This document shows, in pieces, positions 20,439-30,600 of a stretch of DNA of 64,000 nucleotides; position 1 is the first letter of the stretch; each line of letters opens with the position of its first letter. Below the pieces are notes generated by a model, which was not told where the DNA came from, made no database searches, and was given only the letters and a program-made list of their open reading frames with translations. The DNA comes from Limisphaerales bacterium (GTDB lineage: Bacteria > Verrucomicrobiota > Verrucomicrobiia > Limisphaerales > SIBE01): the NCBI GenBank assembly GCA_044225505.1, contig JBGAIN010000022.1, positions 1-64,000 on the forward strand. Direction: 5' to 3'. The translations under genes were made by a program, and so were the position numbers.

Positions 20439-21473
20439 GCGGTAGAACTTCTGCGCGCTCCGGGAGTTAACCGGCACACTGAAGGTCAACGTGCCGTTCG
20501 GATTGGACAAGCGCACCACGGACTCCCAGGTCCTCAAGTCGGGCGATGCGAAGAGGATAATGTCTTTGTTCTTCTCGCCTTGGGTGTTCAGACTCATGAA
20601 GCCGTTGCGCGGCCGGGCGAACCCAGTAAATGAAGGCGACTTGCAGATGCCAGCGCTCCCCGCGCCGGCGATCGATGCAAGGCCAGTGCTGTCGAAAGGG
20701 CTCGTCAACAGGGTGACCTCGTCGATCGAGCCGTTGAAGGTCAACGGTTGGCTTCGACTAATGGTGAAGACAGAGGTGGGAGCGTGAGGGTCTACCGTCG
20801 GTCGCGCCCAGGCTAAGACCCCGTTGTAATATAGCTTGAGAACACCCTCCGAGCGGGCCAGGCCAATATGGACCCACGTGTTCTGGGTCAGCCGGATCTC
20901 AGGAAAGAACCACTGAACCCCGCCGTAAAGAACGCCTAACTCGCCTCCACGAAAGCAAAGTTCCTGGAAGTCGCTGCACCAGCCGGTGCCAATGATAAAC
21001 AGGCCGTAGCCATCCAGGGCGGGATTGCCCTGATAAAAGATCGCCTCGCCTTTTTGACCGGCCGCGGTGCTCGCCCCTTTCCAATTCACCCAGGCGGCCA
21101 AGACCCAACCATCCACCTCGGGGAAGGGAACGCTCGCTTCGACCACTCCATTCGTCCCATCGAAGCTGAACGCTTCGGCGACTTTGCCCGTGGCATAAGC
21201 GACCGTGCCACGCGTCGTCCCGGATCGACCCCCTTGGAAATCTAGCGCGCTGCCATCGCCGCTCCACCAGTGTGCCAGACCTGCTGGCGGTTGAATACAA
21301 ATAGCCCCCGTGGCCGAGGTCGTATTGGTGGCTCGGCCGGAGGCAAGAGCGGTTTGGCCGAGCGCGGTCGGCGCTTGGAGAACCGCCAGCCCGCATATCC
21401 CGAGCACACCCACACGGACGGCTATTCCTGCGCGGAACCTTAACGAGAAGAGAGATTTAAGAATCGCATCCAT
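20421..21473 (-). CDS. Secreted LamG/concanavalin-like domain protein with C-terminal 'FYRL' module
   Basis: 'PPAGLAHWWSGDG', 'GKVAEAFSFDG', 'WVHIGL…LKLYYNG', 'FNGSIDEV'. Start placed at MDAIL. Confidence 0.85.
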   Translation of the reverse strand: MDAILKSLFSLRFRAGIAVRVGVLGICGLAVLQAPTALGQTALASGRATNTTSATGAICIQPPAGLAHWWSGDGSALDFQGGRSGTTRGTVAYATGKVAEAFSFDGTNGVVEASVPFPEVDGWVLAAWVNWKGASTAAGQKGEAIFYQGNPALDGYGLFIIGTGWCSDFQELCFRGGELGVLYGGVQWFFPEIRLTQNTWVHIGLARSEGVLKLYYNGVLAWARPTVDPHAPTSVFTISRSQPLTFNGSIDEVTLLTSPFDSTGLASIAGAGSAGICKSPSFTGFARPRNGFMSLNTQGEKNKDIILFASPDLRTWESVVRLSNPNGTLTFSVPVNSRSAQKFYRLGIGN

Positions 21474-21923
21474 GGCACCTCGGATCTGGGTATCACTCTG
21501 CCCACGTTTGACCCCAAGACGCAACAGGGAATGGGGATGTGCGGCTCCGTGACTTTTCTGAGACCCAAAGTGGCAGCGCCGTCTCGGCGCTGATTCCGGC
21601 TCTCTCTTGGCGATCAGGCACCGGCATACCGCGGCTGGCGGCGAGACGTGCTGCTGCCACTCCGCGACTGGTCTCCGTCTACAGTCCCGCCCGGAGAATG
21701 GCTCGTCCAAAGCGCCGTCGCCGCATGCGCAACTGGCCTCGGTTCGCTCTTCCTTCGCTGGTGACCCACTGCGAGTGGGTGACCAGTGGGTTACCTCCGA
21801 ACGAAGAGCGGTCGCGGAGCGGCAGAACTCCGCGCCGGCCAGAGGGCCACCGAGACCTTGTGGAAAACCCGGACGAACTTGAGTTTGAGTTGTAAGTGCT
21901 TAATAATGAGTCGACGAATGGGT

Positions 21924-22055
21924 TGGTGACGAATTGTCACCTGCCAATCCGTAAGTCTGGTCAGTCCCGAAGGGACGCCGTGAGAGTAGCCCGGTCGCTT
22001 TAGCGCCGGGGGTGGCCGGTTGAAAAAGACCCAAGCCCCGGAGGGGTGGCCGAAC
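21924..22055 (+). repeat. REP/MITE-like element, left-half copy
   Basis: Aligns with 57412-57540: tggtgac..aatt, tgcca.tc.gtaa.tctgg, gtccc(g)gaagggac, gaga..agcccggtcgctttagcgccggg, cccaagccccggagggg.ggc.ga. Confidence 0.8.
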
Positions 22056-22166
22056 TCGGGCCTGAAATGTCGTCCAAGATGAACATTTCGACTTTGCTCG
22101 CGTTCGCCGGGGCTTTGTTGTAGGAGCAGTCACGAACCACTCGACACCGTGTTGGCCAGGCAACGG

Positions 22167-25100
22167 ATGAAGAATTTTCGACGAACGCCGGTTGCCCGGA
22201 GGCGAGGGGGTCCACGACTGGAGCTGGTGGTGGGCCTGGCGGTGGTCTTGGGATGGCCCGGGGCGCTGGCGGCGCCAACATTGAACACGGCGTCGAACGT
22301 GGAAGGGAGCAGCGTGGGATCGATGGAGATCGTTCGTGCGTTGCCCGGCGTGGCCAGCCTGGCTGGGCCGCAGTTTGAAAGTCTCTCCAGCGCCCAGACC
22401 GGGGTGAATCTTGTCTACCAGTTCCCCGCGAATGCCCCTTTCGAGTTCCTGCAAGATCAAGGATGCGCCGGTGGCGTTTGTTTGGGGGACTACGACGGAG
22501 ACGGCTATCCGGACATCTACCTGACGCATTACAATCGAGGCAATCGGCTGTTCCGGAATCTGGGACATTGGCGCTTTGAGGATGTTACCGCGAAAGCTGG
22601 AGTCGGGGGCAATGGGGGGTGGAGTGCTGGCGCCAGCTTTGTTGATATCGATAATGACGGCGACTTGGATCTTTATGTGTGTGTCTTTGACGGCCCGAAC
22701 TGCCTCTATGTGAACCAAGGAGACGGCACGTTTCGAGAGGAGGGTACAGCCTACGGGCTGAGCTTTTCGGGAGCGAGTGTGATGATGGCGTTTGCCGATT
22801 ATGACCTGGACGGCCGCCTGGATGGGTATCTGGTGACGCACCGTCTGAATGTGGGCAAAGAACATCTCCTCCCCAAGACATCGCAAGACGCCTTTCGGAG
22901 ATCGATTCTAGCGAAGACGGGGCCAGGGCGAGCCGCGATCGATCCCAAGTTTGAGGAGTTGTTCGCTCTCATGGATCGAGGCGAAGGCCGAACCGAGCTG
23001 ATCATTGCCGGTCAGCGGGATTATTTGTTTCACAATGACGGCCCCGGACGTTTCTCCATCGCGAACGCGAAGGCAGGCATTCAAGGCTTCGACATCGGCC
23101 TGGCCGCGACCTGGTGGGATTACAATGACGATGCGTTGCCCGACATTTACGTCAGTAATGATTACAAGGGACCTGATCGACTTTACCGTAACAACGGCGA
23201 CGGGACGTTCACCGACGTGGCACGCACGGCGCTCCCTCATGTGCCCTGGTCCTCCATGGGCGCGGACGCTGCGGATATCGATAACGATGGCCGGGTCGAC
23301 TTCCTGGCGGCGGATATGGCCGGGTCGACGCGGGCGCGGGCCATGTTTATTGACGCCGATCTCGCCAAAGAAACCTGGTTTTTGCGAGTGTCCGATCCAC
23401 CTCAATACCGCCAGAACGCCGTCTATCTTGGCACTGGAGCGGATCAAGTTCGGGAAGCTGCGGGCTTGACCGGACTGGCCGCGACGGATTGGACCTGGTC
23501 GCCGAAATTTGCGGACTTGGACAACGACGGTTGGGTCGACCTGTTTATCTGCAATGGCATGTCGCGGGATTTCATGGACAGCGATTTCATGATGCAGGCG
23601 AGGGATCGCGGGAGTCGCCGATGGGCCATGGCGCCGGTGTTGCGCGAGGAGAATCTCGCGTTCCGCAATTTAGGAAACCTCCAATTCCAGAATGTCGGGA
23701 AGGCCTGGGGCTTGGACCATCGATCGGCCAGTTTTGGGTGTGCGATTGGAGATTTGGACCGAGACGGGAATCTGGACTTGGTGGTGGCGAACTTTGAGGG
23801 GCCGGTCTCTATCTATCGCAACCGTGGCTCCACGGGACACCGCCTGTTGCTTAGGCTCAAGGGAACCAGGAGTAATTCCTGGGGAATTGGCGCGAAGGTC
23901 GACGTGGTTACCGCAGCGGGGCGCCAAGCCCGTTGCCTTTCGTTGGCGAGCGGCTTTATGTCCGCCAACGAGCCAGTCTTGCACTTTGGGTTGGGCGAAG
24001 CGACGCGTGTGGACGAACTGACGGTGCGTTGGCCGAACCAGCGCATTCAGATCTTCCGCAACGTCGACGCCGATCGCGAGTATTTGATCACGGAACCGAG
24101 CGAGCCCCCGGCCGGTTCCCCAGCGGTGACGGAAACGAAACGGTGGTTTGCACCTGTCGAGTCCCCGACTGGAGTCAGGCATCGCGAGCAGCCGTTCGAC
24201 GATTTCCAGCGGGAACCGCTGCTTCCGTGGAAGCTCTCGCAGCTCGGTCCGGGATTGGCCGTTGCGGACGTCAATGGCGATGGACGAGACGATTTCTACT
24301 TGAGCGGCGCGGCGGGCCAATCCGGCACACTTTCTCTGAACGAGGGTCGAGGACGATTCCGACCCCAGGCGATGGCTTGTTTGGATGACGCCAAAGGCTC
24401 GGAAGAGATGGCCGCCCTATTTTTCGATGCGGATGGAGATGGGGACGCTGATCTGTTCGTCGTGTCCGGCGGGATTGAAGTCTCGCCTGGGGACGTGTCG
24501 TTGAGGGATCATCTCTACTTCAATGACGGGCATGGGCAATTCAGCGCGGCACCTACCGGGGCCCTTCCCGACTTGCGCGATTCCGGGAGTTGCGTTGTGT
24601 CAGCCGATTTCGATCGCGACGGCGATCTGGACTTGTTTGTGGGCTCACGTTGTGTCGCTGGGAAGTACGGTGAGATTCCTGAGAGCCGACTGCTGCGCAA
24701 CGTGTCGGGACGGTTCGAGGACGTCACGGACGCGGTCGCGCCGGAGTTGCGCCACGCGGGGTTGGTCACCGGCGCGGTCTGGTCGGATGTCGACAACGAT
24801 GGTTGGGTGGATCTGCTCGTGACCCAGGAGTGGGGCCCCGTAAAGCTCTTTGCGAACGACCATGGCCAGCTGCGGGATCGGACGGAAGGCGCCGGGCTCG
24901 ATCGGTGGAAGGGATTTTGGAACGGCATCGCGGGTCAAGATTTGAACCACGATGGAGCCATCGACTATGTGGTTTCCAACCTCGGCTTAAACACTAAGTA
25001 CAAAGCTAGTCAGGCTGAGCCTGCGTTGGCCTTCCTCGTTCCTGTGCGCAACGAGGTCGCGTTTATTGAAGCGACGGTCTCAGCAGAGACGCTCTACCCG

Positions 25101-25934
25101 GTCCGAGGCCGATCCAGCTTTTTAAGCTTCTGGCCCGCGTTGATCGAGAAGTTCCCCACCTTGCGCAGCTTCGCGACAGCGTCCCTTAAGGAGTTGGTGC
25201 CGGAGCAGTTGCTGAACGAAGCCCGGAGATTGGAGGTAAATACGCTGGAAACCGGCGTGTTGTGGAACGACGGCCATGGCCGCTTCACCTTCAGGCCTTT
25301 GCCTCGCATCGCCCAGATCGCGCCGACGTTTGGGATGGCGACCACCGACTGGGACGGGGACGGGCATCCCGACATTTATCTGGTGCAGAACTCGCACCGA
25401 GCGACCCCTGAGACAGGCCCGATGGACGGGGGCTTGAGTCAGCTTTTGGCGGGCCAGGCGGATGGTGGCCTCACTTGTATCGAACCGAAAGCGAGCGGTT
25501 TGATCGTGCCTGGGAAAGGCAGGTCCGCGGCGGTGTCAGATCTGGATGGGGACGGGCGGCCAGATCTCCTGGTGGGTCGCAACGATGGAGCGCCCCTCGT
25601 TTTCACCAATGGCACGCCCAGCGCGGAGCGGATCTTGACCGTTCGTTTGGTGGGACGGCCTGGAAACGCGGCGGCCATCGGTGCCAGAGTCACCGTTGCG
25701 CGATCGGATGGTCTCAAGCAATGCGATGAAGCGCGCGCGGGTGGTGGGTATCTTTCCCAATCCTCGTCGCGCTTGTTCTTCGGACTGGGGCGGACGAATC
25801 AAGCGGTGAGCGTGACGATACGATGGCCGGATGGGAGTTCGTCCACCAGGCCTTTGGACCCGAACGCCCGTGAAGCGACGATTCGACAGCCGGCGAGTGT
25901 TCACTTGGATGGGGCAACGGGTGGAAAACTTTGA
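22167..25934 (+). CDS. CRTAC1/ASPIC-UnbV family FG-GAP repeat protein (duplicated architecture)
   Basis: Many DxDxDGxxD repeats; two UnbV segments ('SNSWGIGAKV…GFMSANEPVLHFGLG…VRWP' and 'GNAAAIGARV…GGYLSQSS..LFFGLG…IRWPDG'). Confidence 0.92.
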   Translation: MKNFRRTPVARRRGGPRLELVVGLAVVLGWPGALAAPTLNTASNVEGSSVGSMEIVRALPGVASLAGPQFESLSSAQTGVNLVYQFPANAPFEFLQDQGCAGGVCLGDYDGDGYPDIYLTHYNRGNRLFRNLGHWRFEDVTAKAGVGGNGGWSAGASFVDIDNDGDLDLYVCVFDGPNCLYVNQGDGTFREEGTAYGLSFSGASVMMAFADYDLDGRLDGYLVTHRLNVGKEHLLPKTSQDAFRRSILAKTGPGRAAIDPKFEELFALMDRGEGRTELIIAGQRDYLFHNDGPGRFSIANAKAGIQGFDIGLAATWWDYNDDALPDIYVSNDYKGPDRLYRNNGDGTFTDVARTALPHVPWSSMGADAADIDNDGRVDFLAADMAGSTRARAMFIDADLAKETWFLRVSDPPQYRQNAVYLGTGADQVREAAGLTGLAATDWTWSPKFADLDNDGWVDLFICNGMSRDFMDSDFMMQARDRGSRRWAMAPVLREENLAFRNLGNLQFQNVGKAWGLDHRSASFGCAIGDLDRDGNLDLVVANFEGPVSIYRNRGSTGHRLLLRLKGTRSNSWGIGAKVDVVTAAGRQARCLSLASGFMSANEPVLHFGLGEATRVDELTVRWPNQRIQIFRNVDADREYLITEPSEPPAGSPAVTETKRWFAPVESPTGVRHREQPFDDFQREPLLPWKLSQLGPGLAVADVNGDGRDDFYLSGAAGQSGTLSLNEGRGRFRPQAMACLDDAKGSEEMAALFFDADGDGDADLFVVSGGIEVSPGDVSLRDHLYFNDGHGQFSAAPTGALPDLRDSGSCVVSADFDRDGDLDLFVGSRCVAGKYGEIPESRLLRNVSGRFEDVTDAVAPELRHAGLVTGAVWSDVDNDGWVDLLVTQEWGPVKLFANDHGQLRDRTEGAGLDRWKGFWNGIAGQDLNHDGAIDYVVSNLGLNTKYKASQAEPALAFLVPVRNEVAFIEATVSAETLYPVRGRSSFLSFWPALIEKFPTLRSFATASLKELVPEQLLNEARRLEVNTLETGVLWNDGHGRFTFRPLPRIAQIAPTFGMATTDWDGDGHPDIYLVQNSHRATPETGPMDGGLSQLLAGQADGGLTCIEPKASGLIVPGKGRSAAVSDLDGDGRPDLLVGRNDGAPLVFTNGTPSAERILTVRLVGRPGNAAAIGARVTVARSDGLKQCDEARAGGGYLSQSSSRLFFGLGRTNQAVSVTIRWPDGSSSTRPLDPNAREATIRQPASVHLDGATGGKL

Positions 25935-27583
25935 CCTGCCGCCTCCGGATTGGTAAGCAACGAAATGTCCAAAGCTTGCGGTTCGACAGCGTAGCGACTT
26001 TGAAACGATACTCCCCCAACATGCCATTGAATCCGATCCATGACTATCGTCCGGTGCGGACCTTTCCTATTCGAAGTGAGCCGCGGTTGGGCCAGGGCTT
26101 GGGCGGCGGTTGGGGAGTGGCCATGTCGGTGCTCTGGCTCTGGGGGGCTGCGGTCGGATGGAGCGCGGAATCCCGATTCGCCGACATGCCGGGCCCAATT
26201 CGGACCGTCTTGGAGAACGCGGCGCCTCTCGAAGCGTCGCGGGAGGGGCGATTGCCGCTATTCGTTTTACCAATCAGTCAAACGCTGGCTGGGAGCACCG
26301 AGACGATCGCTGAAGCCGCTTTGCGCGAATTGAATCGGCGCGGCATCGCTTACTCCGTGGCTTGGAACCCGTCCGATGTGGCCAAATCACTGCCCGAGGC
26401 GCTCCGAATTGGCAGACTCCAGCAGAAGTTAGGCATGGAAGTGGCCGTGGATGCGACCAGTTGCCTCATGTCTTTTTACGACGGCACCGAAGCCACCTTG
26501 CACCAGGACGACACCGGCCGGCCGTTTGCCGAAACCTCGTTTGGAGGGCAACTGGGCTGCCCGTTTACCTTACAGCCGCGCATCGCGGTAATTCGAGAGC
26601 GCCTCGAGTCTTTCCTACGCGAATACCAACGGGCGGGCGTGCGACTGGATTTTGTCTTTGCGGACTGGGAGGTGGACGGCCCGATCGAATGGAACGGAGC
26701 TTGGGAATCGTCGCAGAAATGTCGACGTTGCCGGGCGGCCGTGCCGGGGATAGGGGATTTTCGGCAATTCCAGAAGCGCTTGCGTGAAGTGCGGAGCGAA
26801 CTGCAGCGGGAGGCATTCGCAGAACCGTTGCGACGGGCGTTTCCAAAGGTCCTGGTCGGAAACTACGGTGTGCACCCTCACGAGGGTTACCGTTACTGGT
26901 ACGACTATTTTGAGAAAGAGGTTGTCCCTGGGACAGGCATTCCGCTGAAGGCCGACCGGCGGGCTCGTTACCGCGAGTGGGCGCCCGAATTTGCCGGGAC
27001 AGAGTTCACCTTTGCCAATCCCGTCCTCTACACGTGGTATCGGTTGTTTGACTGGTACGATTTCGAAGATTCAGATTATCGCTGGTTCTATAATCTGTTA
27101 CTCGAAGGCTCCAGTGCAGGAAAATCGACCCCAGCGACGATTCCGCTGATCCCGTTTGTGCATTGGACCACGACCGATCCACCCAAAAGCCCAGATCCAA
27201 AGGTTCGCCAGTTCAGCGTGGGACGGTACCAAGAGTTGCTCTGGCACCTGCTGCTCCGTGGTCACGACGGGTTCTTTCTTTGGTGCATGCCGGAGGAATT
27301 GGGAACAGAGATCCGAGCACTCCATTCGGTCTATGCCGAGTCGCTCCGCTTTCGAGAGTTCCTCGTGCAAGGAGAACCTGTCTCGTTTGAAGTGCCACCC
27401 AATCCCGGGCCAATCGTTTCAGGCCTGCGTTTGGGAGATCGGGTTTTGACACGCCGGACAGAGTTCGGCAGTGATCGGCAAGCCCGAGTTCTGTCCTTGA
27501 AGGATGGGGGGACGATCACGGTGGTTTCGAGCCGCGGCTTGCAGATACTGGCCGTCGAGTGTGTTGGCGGTCGACGCGAGTAG
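25931..27583 (+). CDS. Secreted hypothetical protein, possible glycoside-hydrolase-like TIM barrel
   Basis: 550-aa ORF with a signal-like stretch near 26123, 'FVFADWEVDGP', 'CRRC' and aromatic-rich segments. True start is probably 26021 or 26123. Confidence 0.65.
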   Translation: MTCRLRIGKQRNVQSLRFDSVATLKRYSPNMPLNPIHDYRPVRTFPIRSEPRLGQGLGGGWGVAMSVLWLWGAAVGWSAESRFADMPGPIRTVLENAAPLEASREGRLPLFVLPISQTLAGSTETIAEAALRELNRRGIAYSVAWNPSDVAKSLPEALRIGRLQQKLGMEVAVDATSCLMSFYDGTEATLHQDDTGRPFAETSFGGQLGCPFTLQPRIAVIRERLESFLREYQRAGVRLDFVFADWEVDGPIEWNGAWESSQKCRRCRAAVPGIGDFRQFQKRLREVRSELQREAFAEPLRRAFPKVLVGNYGVHPHEGYRYWYDYFEKEVVPGTGIPLKADRRARYREWAPEFAGTEFTFANPVLYTWYRLFDWYDFEDSDYRWFYNLLLEGSSAGKSTPATIPLIPFVHWTTTDPPKSPDPKVRQFSVGRYQELLWHLLLRGHDGFFLWCMPEELGTEIRALHSVYAESLRFREFLVQGEPVSFEVPPNPGPIVSGLRLGDRVLTRRTEFGSDRQARVLSLKDGGTITVVSSRGLQILAVECVGGRRE

Positions 27584-27608
27584 ACGCCCAGCGCCGAGAC
27601 AGGCGCGG

Positions 27609-30600
27609 TTAATCCGCCCGGGAATACCGCTTGTCCAGGCTGGATCGGACCACGTTGGACAGAGCGTTCAAATCGTAGGGCTTTTGAATGTAAGTGATAC
27701 CCGCTCTGGTAGGAGCCCCTTCCTTGGCAATCTCCGCGCTATAGCCGCTGGAAATGATGGCGGCTAGACCTGGATTTTCCGCCAACAGCTTTTCTGAAAG
27801 CTCGAGCCCAGTCATGCCTCCGGGCATCACCATGTCCGTGAGGAGAAGATCGAACTTCCCGGTTTGCTCCTGCCAGCAAGCCAGGGCCTCTGGGCCGGTG
27901 CCAGCCTCCGACACTTCGTAACCCAGAAGCCGGAGCGATCGTGCCAGCAAGCTTCGCACCTTGGTTTCATCTTCCACAATCAGAATTCGCTCACGCCCCT
28001 GGCGGATGGGCCGACTTGAATCTTCCAACGCGGGCGAGGCCACAGGATCGCGAATGGGCGGCAGGTAAACGCGGAAAGTTGTCCCGTGCTGAAGTTGGCT
28101 TTCGATGTCGACCCAACCTTTATGTTGTCCAACGATTCCGTAAACCGTGGCGAGCCCGAGCCCCGTTCCTTTGCCCGCTTCCTTGGTGGTGAAGAACGGT
28201 TCAAAAACGCGTTTGAGCGTTGAATGGTCCATGCCACAGCCTTGGTCTGTCACTTCCAGGCAGACAAAGGGTCCCGAGCGGCGGTTGGGATTGGCCGGTG
28301 TTTCCTCCGCGCGGACATCAACGAGGTTAGTGCGGATGGTGATTCGTCCTCCTTTAGGCATCGCGTCGCGCGCGTTCACGACCAGGTTCATCAAAACTTG
28401 ATCGAGCATGCCGGCGTCAGCTTCCACCATCGGGAGCGTGCTAGGTCTATGGAAGCGAAGTTCAATATGCTCTCCGATCAGGCGGCCGAGCATCTTGAGC
28501 AGGTTGGCGACGAGCGCGTTCAAGTCCAGCGGCTTGACCGAAAGCACGGAGCGTCGGCTGAGCATCAAGAGCTGCCGGGTTAAATTCTCCGCGCGCTTGG
28601 CCTCCGCTTCCAGTTCTTGCAGCGCTTGACGAGTCTCTGCGTCCAGGCCCGGATTCAATTGGGTCAGGGCCAAGGTCATCATCATAGCGGCGAGAATGTT
28701 GTTAAAGTCATGGGCCACCCCTCCGGCCAACTGGCCAATCGCTTCCAACTTCTGCGATTGTCGGAGTTGATCCTCAAGGCGTTTGCGCGCGGTAATATCG
28801 CGATCCATGCCTCGATACCCGAGCAATTCCCCGTTCGGCCCGAGAACGGGCATCCCGCTGCTTTCCAGAACGATCTCACGCCCATTCTGGTGCAGATTCG
28901 TGTTTTCAAGGGCGGTAAACGGGGCTCGACGGGTCAAGGCCTCCTGAAAGATCGCGCCCACCCGTGCCGCTTCCACAGGGGGCATAAAGTCGAAGGGGGA
29001 TCTTCCCAGAACCTGTTCTGCTTTGTAGCCAAGGATTTCCTCGACTCTGGGACTGGCGTAGGTGTAGCGACCATTGGCATCGACTTCCCAAACCCAATCG
29101 AAGGTGGTTTCGATCAACGAACGATACCGTTCATTGCTCCGCTCCAGCGCCGCTTCGACGCGTTTACGATCGGTAATATCCTCTTTCACCGCCACGAAGT
29201 GAGTGACGATGCCTTCCGGACTCTTGATTGGGGAGATAAAGGCATGCTCCCAGAAAAATTCGCCATTCTTCTTCCGGTTGTAAAACTGGCCGCGCCATTC
29301 GTTGCCCTGCAGCAGCGTGGACCAGAGCTCCTGATATTGTTCAGGCGGCGTTTGTCCCGACTTCAACATCCGTGGGTTCTGTCCGAGCGCCTCTTCCTTG
29401 GAGTAACCCGTGATCTGCGTGAAACGCCCATTGACGTATTCAATGATTCCATTGGCGTCCGTGATGAAGATGCATGCCAGATTCTGTTCCACCGCGCGGG
29501 AGAGTTTGCGCAATTGAGTTTCGGCCTCGCGCTGGCGTAACACTTTATCCAATTCATTCGCGACCAGCTGCAACTGCGCCACGTCACCCTCGTGGTAGGG
29601 CAGCACCTTGTTCCCAACACCGAAAATAATATGCACTTTGCCCTCTTGGATCACGGGAATGCTCATGAAACGGCGAACGGGCGCATGGCCCTGGGGCAGA
29701 CCATGCTGGTTCGGGGACTGCGCATAGTCATTGTAGACGACAGGCCGTCGCTCGCGGACACAGTCGACCCAGTTGCCCGCTTGGCTGAGCGGATAGTGGG
29801 TGTCGAACTGCGCGGTGCAACTCTTCAGGGCTTCCTCGTTCCACGCTGTCAGGATAATCTGGTTCTGGTCCGCTGAGACTCTATGGAAGAAACCTGTTTC
29901 GCTGTCGGTGAGTTTGACGGCTTTATCGAGCACGTAGTCGAATAGTTCGCGGTCACTCATTTGCGGCGCCCGCCGATGCAGTTCGAGCAGTAGTTCCGTC
30001 CGTTCGCCATCCTGCTTCGCCCGGTGCTCGGCGAGCTTGCGCTCGGTGATGTCTTGAAACGTTCCCATGACCCAGGCCTGGCCGCCTTCCAGGACCCGGC
30101 CCAGCCCCCGCACTTCGGTCCAAAGATGCCGCCCGGTAGCGGTCGTCAGGCCTGTCTCCACGACAAAGGGGGTGCCGTCCTGGAGCGCAGCTTGGAGCGC
30201 CGCATGCAAGACTGGCAAGGACGCGGCATCATAATATTTCAGCCCTTCTCTAAGACCGGGTTGGTGATTTTGCGGCAACTCGAGAATCTCGAAAACACCT
30301 TCGGTCCAATAGAGGTAATCCGTTTCGAGGTTGGCCTTCCATGCCCCAATCCGAGCAATCTTCTCTGCTTGTCGACGGAAGAGCAGCCCTTCGCGCAATT
30401 CGGCTTCCGCGCGTTTGCGATCCGAAATATCCCGCGCGATGAGCTGGACCGCAGGTTTACCCGCAAACTGCACCGGGGCGGCGCTGACTTCGATCGGCAG
30501 GATCGAGCCGTCCCGCCGAACATAGCGTGCCTCGGCAGGGTAGACTGTGGTATCGCCTCCCATTCGGCGTCGGATACGTTCGGCGGCGGCTGCGCGATCG

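Noticed and set aside
21900..22886. Long antisense ORFs (for example 21900-22886, 13600-14604, 28617-29540, 42389-43378, 49228-50235)
   Set aside because: They are shadows of well-supported opposite-strand genes in GC-rich DNA.
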